64,000 bases of DNA from Octopus vulgaris (taxonomy: Eukaryota). The stretch is taken from positions 12,958,001-13,022,000 of the forward strand of contig OX597837.1 of the NCBI GenBank assembly GCA_951406725.2, written 5' to 3'. This document shows, piece by piece, positions 26,457-37,934 of this stretch (position 1 is the stretch's first letter; the number at the start of each line of letters is the position of its first letter). The position numbers were made by a program, and so were the translations under genes. The notes below the pieces were generated by a model, which made no database searches, was not told where the DNA came from, and worked only from the letters and a program-made list of their open reading frames with translations.

Positions 26457-26586
26457 ATATGTTCACGAGAAGTAAAAGCAGTCACAGCTGCACATGCCAC
26501 ACACTTTTCGTCAGCACTCGTGCACTTTCCTTAACGATCCACAAAACACAATGCATGCAAACCCACTGACATTAGCAAGTTAAAAC
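26457..26586 (-). ncRNA. H/ACA snoRNA/scaRNA-like candidate
   Basis: About 130 nt, two hairpins (TTTTAAC/GTTAAGG; CACGAG/CTCGTG), ACA one base after the 3' stem. H box is imperfect (AAAGTG). Confidence 0.3.
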
Positions 26587-28034
26587 AAGCTGGAGGGGTC
26601 AACTTATGCCTTTAACCCTTTCTTAGAAGTGAGATCAAATATTAAGTTGCTGGTGTGTTAAGGGTTTCATTTTGATGCTATAATGTATCAGAGATCTGTA
26701 CCAGGTTCCAGTCTAAATTTTGGTTTGGTTTCTATGGCTGGATGCGCTTCCTATTTCTTTACTACCCACAAGGGGCTAAACACAGAGAGGACGAGCAAGG
26801 ACAGACTAAGGGATTAAGTCGATTACATCGACCCCAGTGCGTAACTGGTACTTAATTTATCGACCCCGAAAGGATGAAAGGCAAAATCGACCTCGGCGGA
26901 ATTTGAACTCACAACGTAACGGCAGACGAAATACCGCTAAGCATTTCGCCCGACGTGCTAACGCTTCTGCCAGCTCGCCGCCTGGATGCCCTTCCAAAAG
27001 TGTAGTAAGTGCCTTTTATGTGTCACGATGATGACGATGTCACAGGTGCCTTTTATGTGTCACGATGATGACGATGTCACAGGTGCCTTTTACGCGTCAC
27101 CAACACTGTCCCCAACTACAATTGCACCCAGCCTGATGAGTCTTCTCAAGCACAGCATTGTGCCAAAGGGTCTCAGTCACTAGTCATCACCTCCATCAGA
27201 CATACCATCCAGAAATCATGCTTCACCACCTCATTCCATGTCTTCTTGGTTCTACCTCTTTCACAGGTTCCATCCACAGTTTGAGATCGGTACTTCTCAA
27301 TGCAGCTGTCCTCATCCAAACACATCACAACCATACCTATTTCTTTATTACCCACAAGGGGCTAAACACAGAGGGGACAAACAAGGACAGACATAGGTAT
27401 TAAGTCGATTACATCGACCCCAGTGCGTAACTGGTACTTATTTAATCGACCCCGAAAGGATGAAAGGCAAAGTCGACCTCGGCGGAATTTGAACTCACAA
27501 CGTAACGGCAGACAAAATACCGCTAAGCATTTCGCCCGGCGTGTTAGCTCATGACCATACCATTCCAGTCACCTCTCTTACACATCACATCTTATGCCAC
27601 TTATGCCCAATTTTTCTCTCAAGATGCTTACACTGTTGTACAGGCTCCCCTATTTTGCATACCCAGCAGAGCATGCTCGCTCCATTTCTGACAAGTCTTC
27701 ACATGTCCCCTGCAGTCACAGCCCGTGTTTCACTGCTGTGTAGCAAGGCTGTCCACACAGGCATCATACAATTTGCCCTTCACTCTGAGCGAGAGGTCCT
27801 TTGTTACCAGCAAAGGAAACATGAAGCTATAAATGACAGTAAATATTGGGTTGGGAAACCTTTTTCTATAGAAAAAGTCAAAGGCTGCCTGTAAGACTTG
27901 AACCCACGTGATAATAAAAGGGGTTAAGCTGCCTGGTTACTGTTACCGTTTTCAGCAAAGAACCATTTCATTGTGTGCTGCATACAACTATGTGCAGTGG
28001 ACTGTATGCAAGCTCAGGGTTTTGGAAATGACAC

Positions 28035-28620
28035 ATCATCATCATCATCGTTTAACGTCCGCTTTCCATGCTAGCATGGGTTGGACGGTTCAACTGGGGT
28101 CTGGGAAGCCCGAAGGCTGCACCAGGCCAGTCATATCTGGCGGTGTTTCTACAACTGGATGCCCTTCCTAATGCCAACCACTCCGTGAGTGTAGTGGGTG
28201 CTTTTTACGTGCCACCGACACAGGTGCCAGACGAGGCTGGCGAACGGTCACGCTCGGATGGTGCTTTTTACATGCCACCGACACAGGTGCCAGACGAGGC
28301 TAGCTAACGGCCACGCTCGGATGGTGCTTTTTACATGCCACCGACACAGGTGCCAGACGAGGCTGGCAAACGGCCACGCTCGGATGGTGCTTTTTACATG
28401 CCACCGACACAGGTGCCAGACGAGGCTGGCAAACGGCCACGCTCGGATGGTGCTTTTTACATGCCACCGACACAGGTGCCAGACGAGGCTGGCAAACGGC
28501 CACGCTCGGATGGTGCTTTTTACGTGCCACCGGCACGGAGGGCAGGCGAGGCTGGCACAGCCACGATCGGATGGTGTTTGTTACAGCACGGAGGCCAGTC
28601 GATGCGGACAAACTGATGGG
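28035..28620 (-). mobile_element. Family C retroposon with (ATG)n tail and internal 63-bp tandem repeat (about 6 units, 28195-28580)
   Basis: ATGGTGCTTTTTAC recurs at 28258, 28321, 28384, 28447, 28510. Other copies (approx.): 5740-6113, 8150-8598, 10385-10757, 11390-11758, 20267-20627, 33540-33900, 43450-43790, 60710-61180. Confidence 0.85.
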
Positions 28621-29039
28621 AAAAGGATACACTGATCCTATCAAATGGTTGACCGAAACCCCAAATGACAAAACCGCTCAAACAAAACAGTGTGGATAAA
28701 AGCGGCTACACTTCTGAGATAAAGAGGGAACAACAGGTTGGAAACAGTTGTGCCTCTGTGCTGAGAGCATTTACAAAAGATAAGGGAAAATGCAACCAAC
28801 ATTGTTAGGGAACAACAAGGTGTATTAGTTGTCCCAACCCACTACAGCATAACAACCGGTGTTGGTTTATTTACGTCCCCGTAACTCAGCAGCTCAGCGA
28901 AACAAGATCGCTTGAATGAATAACTGGCCTTTAAAAATAAGTACTGGGTCGATTCCTTCAACAAAACCCTCCTAGGACGATGCCCCAGCAAAGACTAATC
29001 CAAACACTGAAACAAGTAAAAAATAAAATAGTCACGTAC

Positions 29040-29075
<36 letters not shown>

Positions 29076-29104
29076 ATGAGTTATGTTACTAGTAACGAAT
29101 GATC

Positions 29105-29149
<45 letters not shown>

Positions 29150-29463
29150 TTATTTATTTATTTACTACCCACAAGGGGCTAAACATAGAGGGGACAAACA
29201 AGGACAGACAAAGGGATTAAGTCGATTATATCGACCCCAGTGCGTAACTTGTACTTTATTTATCGACCCCGAAAGGATGAAAGGCAAAGTCAACCTCGGC
29301 GGAATTTGAACTCGGAACGTAACGACAGACGAAATGCACTATTTGGCATTCTTTCGATATAACTCGACAAAATCAAAACACTTCACTTCGAGTATTTCCG
29401 TGGAAGCAAATGACAGTTCGATTCTGTTTTCTGCTTGGAAATTTGCGGGTTTTACATACATAC

Positions 29464-30747
29464 CTGAAACAGGTTAGAACAAATATGCAAGGCTTTTTTT
29501 TCTTTTTTTCTTCAAGTTTAAAATTAAACATTGCTGGCATAATTTCGTTATACCTTTACTCCACAACCCACGGAAATACCCGAAGTGTTAAGGAATGCCC
29601 ATTATTTATGTTGTTGTTGTTCTGCTACTTGTGCAACGAAATAAAGAAAACTGCTGCTCCCCAAAGCTAAGTTAAGTGCTGCCTTCGAAAGTCTCCCTTC
29701 GAAAGAACCAAACTTTATATGCTTAATAAACGAAAGTCACTCGACATCCATGCAAATGAAGCATCGAGTGGGTAAATATAAATGGGAAGATGCTGTGCTG
29801 GGTATAATTCCTTCACAAGAATATTGGCAAAACTAATTTTGGTTTTTTTGTGAGTGTGAAAACCATACAGGTCTTTGATGTTCGTGTCTTTCCCAAGTGT
29901 AACAGCAGAACGACTTCTGACATAAAATATATGAAAACAAAGAGGCAGAGAAATTCTAAGAGATGACATTTATGCCTTTGCCAAACTCACGAGCGACGTT
30001 AATTATACAAAATCTAATGAGAAACCAAAATACATTGGAATCGAGAGAGTTTTTTTTTTCTCTCACAGAAACAAAAAAAAACCTCTATACTGAGGGAAGG
30101 GATGTCTGCGATGGTTTTTGCCATTTGTGAAGAACATCAGCAGATTAATTCACATGGATGGGGTTTTGGTGAAGAAAAGAGACAGTAGTAGTTCGAGTCA
30201 GGGAAGCATCAGACAGTGTTACAGTAGGTAGATTTACCCAGTGAGGTTCCGAGTTCGAATTCCGCAAACATCTGTTTCACCTTTCGTCCCATCAGAATCG
30301 ATTCGGTACCAGTGTTGCATTGACTCACGTTCAGACAACTTATACCTCAACACCTGCATAAATTTATTGACCTACCCAATACAAAGAAACCAATATTTGG
30401 GGATTCGATCTAGAATGCGCGCTAACTTATTGACACCTGCATTTGTCAATATTCAACTACATTGTTCGAATCATAGGCTTTCCAGCCGTGACTACCTATC
30501 ATTTATACACTACATTATCCAATGTCTTTTTTGTTTGTTGGTTTTTTTCTTTTTTAATGGTAGCATGTGATTTGAGAGAGATTTAGCTGCTATTTCTAGC
30601 AAGCCGATCTACTGTGTCTAGAGCCTTATTGAACCGTATCTAAGCGTCAAGGTATGCAAAATATGTCCCTACTTTACTGCATTGAGCTTACTTGGGTTTT
30701 ACGGTTTGCTGTGGGTTTAGACAGCCCAGTTTACACAATAGTATTAA

Positions 30748-30806
<59 letters not shown>

Positions 30807-31295
30807 GTTTATAAGATAAAAGAAAGAAATATAAGATATTAAAAAGAGGTTAAATCGGTCAAATTAAACAATACCCATGTAGCTGGAATATCTTTCAAAA
30901 AATAAGGACAAACGGATTAATTGTGAGAGATCAGGGAGTTTCGTTTGTTTAAGGTTTACAACCCAGACATGACACTCTGGTTTAGAGAAATAAATAAATA
31001 AATAAAGGCATCTGGGTTACTTACTGATCTTTCGAATCAGAGAAACCAAAATCACTTGGTGTCGAAAAAAAAAATGATAATTAATGGTTTTTAAATGCTG
31101 ATTGCAGAGTGTTTGATCGAGAAGCGAATTCTCACCATATGTACATCGCACATTGATACACACAAAAAACACGAGGCCAGGGCAGAATTTACTCACGTTT
31201 CGATGACGTTTTACGCGCAGCGAACAGCAGCAGCAGCCATGCAAATTGCCTGGCTGACGAAATCAGATTGAATCGTACTTTCTCTTTGGCAAAGT
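29464..31295 (-). ncRNA. Candidate spliced non-coding transcript, or far-upstream 5'UTR exons of EIF2B4
   Basis: Co-oriented AG/GT-bounded micro-exons 30329-30353, 29991-30013 and 29869-29916, plus donors at 31196 (GTGAGT) and 29463 (GTATGT); only a 9-aa ORF at 31211-31240. Confidence 0.4.
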
Positions 31296-33965
31296 ATTTG
31301 TTTCTTTACTGCCCGGGGACAAACAAGGACAGACTAAGGGATTAAGTCGATTACATCGACCCCAGAGCGTAACTGGTACTTAATTTATCGACTCCGAAAG
31401 GATGAAAGGCAAAGTCGACCTCGGCGGGATTTTAACTCAGAACGTAACGGCAGACGAAATACCTATTTCTTTACTACCCACAAGGGGCTAAACACAGAGG
31501 GGACAAACAAGGACAGTCAAACGGATTAAGTCGATTACATCGACCCCAGTGCGTAACTGGTACTTAATTTATCGACCCCGAAAGGATGAAAGGCAAAGTG
31601 GACCTCGGCGGAATTTGAACTCAGAACGTAACGGCAGACGAAATACAGCTACGCATTTCGCCCGGTGTGCTAACGTTTCTGCCAGTTCGTGCTTGAACTC
31701 TTTTTAACTGGGATCCTAAAAACGTGTCATCTGGTTTATGGGTCTCAGAGTACTGTTTTTGTTGTTGTTGTTTTTAAAGAGGTGAAACAGCTATAACTAT
31801 GGAGCTCTGCTTCATCGTCCTGGCGGACAAAATGGAAAAGGCGTGGCCCCGGAGGATGACGAGGGGAGTGGACAGGAACCGCTACACTTGCGGATGGCCA
31901 CCCCTGCGAGGAGGATGACGAGGGAGACGGGCAGGAACAGCCGCATTTGCGGATAGCCACCCCTGCCCAGATAGAAGTGAGGTGGGACGTAGTCGGAGGG
32001 CCAAGAACGCCTCAAGCCTCCACTATCACAGGCTCGACCACAAATCTGTTTGACGAGCAGCGAAGCCTGGCTGGCAGGTCGCTAAGCAGGAGTCACAATG
32101 TAACATCCCTGATAAGGGGCCTACCACCACGAAACGGGGAAATTGTCATGCCGTCTGGCCTTTTACCGTCTCCTTTTCTCCTATTATAATTTCATTCATA
32201 ACTGGAATGCATTATGAGAATGCATTAAATACCATTTCTGAATGGTACGCCTAATGAAAAGTTACCTTCATGTATCTTTTTAGTAGTGTGGCCTATCAGA
32301 TGATGAGCTGTGTCTCACGAAACCCGCTTCTCAAAAAATGTTGCCCAGCCCTATATTAGAGGAATATTAAACCGACCAGTTTATTTGTCTGGTACTTTGT
32401 CCTGTCGATTCTAGAAGAGTGAAATGCGAAGATGAATTTGACAGGAACTGAACTCAGAACGTAAACGGCTTTCGAAATTCTGTTATAAACTAGAAGGTAC
32501 TTTGATCGTAGGTCACATGGGATAACCAAACCATATTTATATTATATTCCGGTCCTGTTAGCAGCTTAGTAACACATTTCAAACCTTTTACCTTTATTTG
32601 TATTTTTCACTTATAACTCGTTACCGATATTACGTATTAGTCTGAGGCAGCGAGCTGGCAGAATCGTTAGCACGCCGGACAAAATGCTTAGCGGCATTTC
32701 GTCCGTCTTTACGCTCTGAGTTCAAATTCCGTTGAGGTCGACTTTGCCTTTCATCCTTTCGCAGTCGATAAAATAAGTTCCTATTTCTTTATTACCCACA
32801 AGGGGCTAAACAAGGACAGACATATGTATTAAGTCGATTACATCGACCCCAGTGCATAACTGGTACTTAATTTATCGACCCCGAAAGGATGAAAGGTAAA
32901 GTCGACATCGGCGGAATTTGAACTCACAACGTAACGGCAGACGAAATACCTATTTCTTTATTACCCACAAGGGACTAAACACAGAGGGGACAAACAAGGA
33001 CATAGGTATTAAGTCGATTATAACGACCCCAGTGCATAACTGGTACTTAATTTATCAACCCCGAAAGGATGAAAGGTTAAGTCGACATCGGCGGAATTTG
33101 AACTCAGAACGTAACGGCAGACGAAATACCGCTAAGCATTTCGCCCGGCGTGCTAACGATTCTGGCAGCTCGCCGCCTTAAAAATAAGTACCAGTTGCGT
33201 ATTGAGGTCGATGTAAGTCTTGCATCTTCACCAAAATTTGAAACCGATATTATATATTATTATTTTAATTAACAGAGTTACGTCCCTTCTACCCTTAAGT
33301 TTGGTGTTGTCTCCCCTTACTTAACGAAATGGTCATCATACTCTTGGTTTCCATTTTTGGCACGCGGCCAGCAATTTCAGGGGTAGTGATGATGCACAAG
33401 TCGATTAAATCAAACTTTTTGACAAACATCAAATTGTGCAGATAACAATTATATCGGAATTTAATATGGAAAATTGTTTTCCAAGGGTGAGGTGAAGAGT
33501 TTCGTAAAATTCACAGGATTCAGCTTTGTTTTATCATATCATCATCGTTTAACATCCGTTTTCCATGCTAGCATGGGTTGGATGGTTTGATCGGGGTCTG
33601 GGAAGCCAGGAGGCTGCACCGGGCCCCAGTCTGATCTGGTAGTGTTTCTACAGCTGGATGCCCTTCCTAATGCCAACCACTCTGAGAGTGTAGTGGGTGC
33701 TTTTTAAGTGCCACCGGCACAGGTGCCAGTCAGGCGGTCCTGGCATCAATCACGTTCGGATAGTGCTTTTTACATACCTCCAGCACAAGGGCCAGTCAAG
33801 GGGTACTGACATCAGCCACGTTTGGATGGTGCTTTTTACATACCAGTCAGGGGTCACTGGCCACAGCTACGATATTGGTTTTACTTGGCTCAATAGGTCT
33901 TCTCAAGCAAAAATCTTTTTTTTTTACAAATTCCTTTCACTGTGTGTAAATTACGATTATACACA

Positions 33966-34358
33966 CAGGAGTGGCTGTGTGGTAAGTAGCTTGTTTACCA
34001 ACCACACGGTTCCAGGTTCAGTCCCACTGCGTGGTACATTGGGCAAGTGTCTTCTACTATAGCCTCGGGCCGACCAAAGCCTTGTGAGTGGATTTGGAAG
34101 ACGGAAACTGAAAGAAGCCCGTCGTATATATGTATATATATATGCATGTGTGTGTTTGTGTGTCTGTATTTGTCCCCCTAGCATTGCTTGAAAACCGATG
34201 CTGGTGTGTTTACGTCCCCGTTACTTAGCGGTTCGGCAAAAGAGACCAATAGAATAAGTACTGGGCTTGCAAAAGAATAAGTCCCGGGGTCGAGTTGCTC
34301 GATTAAAGGCGGTGCTCCAGCATGGCCGCAGTCATATGACTGAAACAAGTAAAAGAGA
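33966..34358 (+). mobile_element. Representative of SINE family B (CAGGAGTGGCTGTGTGGTAAG head)
   Basis: tRNA-like head, internal (TA/TG)n, tail GCTCCAGCATGGCCGCAGTCA..TGACTGAAACAAGTAAAAGAG. Other copies (approx.): 3050-3428, 14068-14600, 24442-24883, 26100-26435, 34923-35316, 57268-57630. Confidence 0.85.
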
Positions 34359-35787
34359 GTAAAGAGTAAAGAGTAAAGAGTAAAGAGTATACTGGGATGT
34401 TGTTGTTATTGTTGTTGTTGGCATCCTTTTGTCTTGGGAGACAATGGAGTTGCACATAAAATAATCCAGTCTGGTTTTTACATTTCATGTCATTTACATT
34501 TCCTGCAGCGGCTGTGTAGTCCTATCCCGGACAAACACCCCCTCTGGCAGGTGACACGGATGTCACTGAAGTGTCCTCTCCAGTTTTGCACAGGCCTAGA
34601 TGTAATAAAATCCTGGGTAGCCCAATCGTCAGGATTCCTCTCTCGACCTTGCTGATGTAGTCCAAAGGAGTGCAGAGCATTACGTTTGGCACCAGCTTTG
34701 GTTGCAGGAGCTGCCGGAAGAGTGTCGATTCGAACACTAAACCGCCAACGGGGCACCACTCCGGATTTCTTTAGAGGTTGTCTCCTTTCAGTAATCCTGG
34801 ATAGGGGCCCGTACCGGGTACTGTCAGCCGGAGTCAGCTGAGCCTGGGACTCGTGTCAGGCAGGGTCGTGACTCCCTGAAGTAGTGAAGAAAATCGCTAA
34901 CCATTACCATACTCTCTTTACTCTTTTACTTGTTTCAGTCATTTGACTGCGGCCATGCTGGAGCACCGCCTTTAGTCAAGCAAATCGACCCCGGGACTTA
35001 TTCTTTGTAAGCCCAGTACTTATTCTATCGGTCTCTTTTGCCAAACCGCTAAGTGACTGGGACGTAAACACACCAGCATCGGTTGTCAAGCAATGCTAGG
35101 GGGACAAACACATAGAAACACACACACACATATATATACATATACATATACATATATACGACAGGCTTCTTTCAGTTTCCGTCTACCAAATCCACTCAAA
35201 AGGCATTGGTCGGCCCGGGGCTATAGCAGAAGACACTTGCCCAAGATGTCACGCAGTGGGACTGAACCCGGAACCATGTGGTTGGTAAGCAAGCTACTTA
35301 CCACACAGCCACTCCTACTGGGATTTAATATGAAAAAAAAAAGGACTCATACACATACATACTGACACACACCATAAGGGCATCCAGCCATAGGGACCCT
35401 ACCAAATCAGACTGGTACTTGGTGCAGCTCTCCAGCTTACCAGTTCCAGTCAAGCCATCTAACCCATGCCAGCATGGAAAGTGGATGTTAAACAATAATG
35501 ATGAGAATGATGATGATGAGGAGGAGGATAAGGAGGATGATTGCTGCTTCAAATTTTTATACAATATTCAAGGTTTGCAGTGTCCACACGAATGATGATC
35601 CTGAAACCTCTCAGAGCTGAAGAACGGTCAGAAGCTTGACGCCACCATGCTCACGCAACTCTTGTAACAGAGATACAAACACAAGAAAACTGCTTGAAGT
35701 TTCTTTAAAAAAAAAATAAAACCGAATGTTTTTTATTACATGATTCAAGAAGTGGATGTCTGTGCGTCTCTCTTTCTCTTGGACTCA

Positions 35788-35874
35788 TTATAGTTCAAAA
35801 TATTTCTGTCGGAAAGTTGAATCTGCATAATGGTCCAGTAACACTGAAGCTGATCCTGATTCTTCAGAATTTTC
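35788..35874 (-). CDS. TRMT11: tRNA m2G10 methyltransferase, last exon (ENSEESGSASVLLDHYADSTFRQKYFEL*)
   Basis: FR.KYF C-terminal motif; ttcAG acceptor; minus-strand AATAAA at 35732-35737. Confidence 0.85.
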   Translation of the reverse strand, partial: ENSEESGSASVLLDHYADSTFRQKYFEL

Positions 35875-36920
35875 CTGAAATAATTACAAGAAAGAAAATT
35901 TTTTTAAAATGATAACAGAAAAAAAAATATATTTTACTATAATGGATGTTACATCCGTCTGTCAGTCCATCTGTGTGTTCCCTCTTCACGGTCAAATGGC
36001 TGAACCAACGGTCACGATATCTTTCAGGATTACAAAAAAGGTAACCAGGAAGGTTTTTAAAGAAAAAAATGTAAAAAAGTATGATTATTTAAAGGATATT
36101 GAGTTTTGTATTAATAAATCACCTTTGAATTTTTTTTGTTAACACTGGTGGTGTGGAGAGGGAAGACTGGTAGGCATGGGGGGGACTGCTGCTGGTTTTT
36201 CACTAAAGTAACCTTGCCCAGATTTGTGCCTTGGAGGGGAACTTTCTAGGTGCAATCCCATGGTCAGTCATGACCGAAGGGGGTCTCCTTTACCCTTTTG
36301 CTTATCCCTCTCCTTTCCTCTGTCCCCTTCCATACTTCTTCTTTCCCACTTAAACATGGCCGTTCCGTTAGTGGCAATAAATATCCCCTGTCGGTAGGAA
36401 TTTTTCCTCTGTCACTAATATCTGTTCTGCAATGGAGTCTATTCTGTAATTCTCTTCCACCACTAACACCTTCTCACAACTACAAACCTGTCCCTCTTCA
36501 TCATCGTTTAACGTCCGTTTTCCGCGCTAGCATGGGTTGGACGGTTCGACCGGGGTCTGGAAAGCCAGGGGCTGCACCAGGCTCCAGTCTGATCTGGCAG
36601 TGTTTCTACAGTTGGATGCCCTTCCTAACGCCAACCACTCTGCGAGTGTAGTGGATGCTTTTTACGTGCCACCTGCACAGGTGCCAGGGGAGTCTGGCAT
36701 CGGCCACGATCGGTTGATGCTTTTAACGTGCCACCAGCACGGAAGCCAGCCAAGGCAGCGCTGGCATCTCAATGAATTCCATCTGATCCCTGCAAGCCTA
36801 GAAAAGTGGATGTAAAAACAATGATGATGATGATGATGGGAGGGGCGAGGAGGAGGGATCACGAAACCCTTTATTCTGATGTTCCACCAGGAACAGCAAA
36901 ATGGTTGGTCAGTGACTCAC

Positions 36921-37041
36921 CTGGTAGCTTTTGATCTTTTGCATGGTAATTAAACGTCGCCCCACTTTTGTCGAGAGCGGTTGTTCAGAGTTAGCGACCA
37001 GTTCAAGGTTTGGGTGAATCGGAATGTTCTCATCTTGGTAC
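36921..37041 (-). CDS. TRMT11: TRMT11 exon (YQDENIPIHPNLELVANSEQPLSTKVGRRLITMQKIKSYQ)
   Basis: HP.L.LV.N.EQ.LS....RRLITM.K motif; ccAG and GTGAGT boundaries; 121 nt. Confidence 0.93.
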
Positions 37042-37802
37042 CTGGGTAATAGACAAATAGGAAATGACTGGATATAATAAATTGCCATTGAAAAAAATCT
37101 TCACCACCAATGCCAACACCACTACCACCACCACCAGCACCTCCACCTCCACCCGAGGGCCATCTTTATTCATATCTAACCAGGAGTTAGTGAAGATGGT
37201 TGTGATGATGACAACAACAACAATGATGACGGTGATGATAATAATGAATATGATGATGATGATGATGACAGTAATGAAAACAATGATGATGATAATGAAT
37301 ATGATGATGATGATAATGATGATGATAATGATGATGACGACAATGATGAAAGTAACGATGATGGTGGCATTGATTACTGAGACCAACAAGCGGCACGTCA
37401 TTAACAAATATCCGGTCATTTTAAGGAGCCATCTGTTGTCCTCTTACAATCCATGTACATAACACTACGCAGGTGCATGGCTCAGTGGTTAGGGGCATTC
37501 GGCACACAATCATAATGTTGTGAGTTCAATTCCTGGTGGCATGTCGTGTCCTTGAGCAAGCCACTTTATTTCACTCAGCAGGCAAAAATGAGTAGGTACC
37601 AGTAATTCAAAGGGGGTTAGCCTTGTCACATTCTGTGTCAGACTGAATCTCCCTGAGAACTACATTAAGGGTATGCGTGTCTGTGGAATACTCAACCACT
37701 TGCATACTGTTCCATTGATCAGATCAACCAGAGCCTTCGTCATCATAACTGACGAAGCACCAGTTTTACATAAGATAATTACAGTCAAGGGTCGATACTT
37801 AC

Positions 37803-37934
37803 TCGGAACGGTAAACAGGGAACCAGTAAACTAGACGGCCATTTAAGACTAGATGTTTGGCAGCAAAATTGAGCAGGTCTTTGAAAATGTCTGAGAGTTG
37901 GTAGTGAGTCTTTAATGGAAGGTGATTCTGGCAT
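37803..37934 (-). CDS. TRMT11: TRMT11 exon (CQNHLPLKTHYQLSDIFKDLLNFAAKHLVLNGRLVYWFPVYRSE)
   Basis: LSD.F.DLLNFAA..LV..GRLVYW.P motif; tacAG and GTAAGT boundaries; 132 nt. Confidence 0.95.

Noticed and set aside
28195-28580. CRISPR-like array of a constant 25-bp core with spacers
   Set aside because: Spacers are nearly identical, the array is internal to a dispersed eukaryotic retroposon, and there are no cas genes.
30100-30150. AAACCAT...ACA resembling the U17/snR30 m2 motif
   Set aside because: No convincing m1 (AUAUUCC) motif, the hairpin is too short, and there is no 5' domain or H box.
34820-34880. GGAGTCA...TGACTCC-GG on the minus strand as an HDV-like ribozyme P1
   Set aside because: Could not place the P2/P3/L3 elements; probably a retroelement 5'UTR hairpin.
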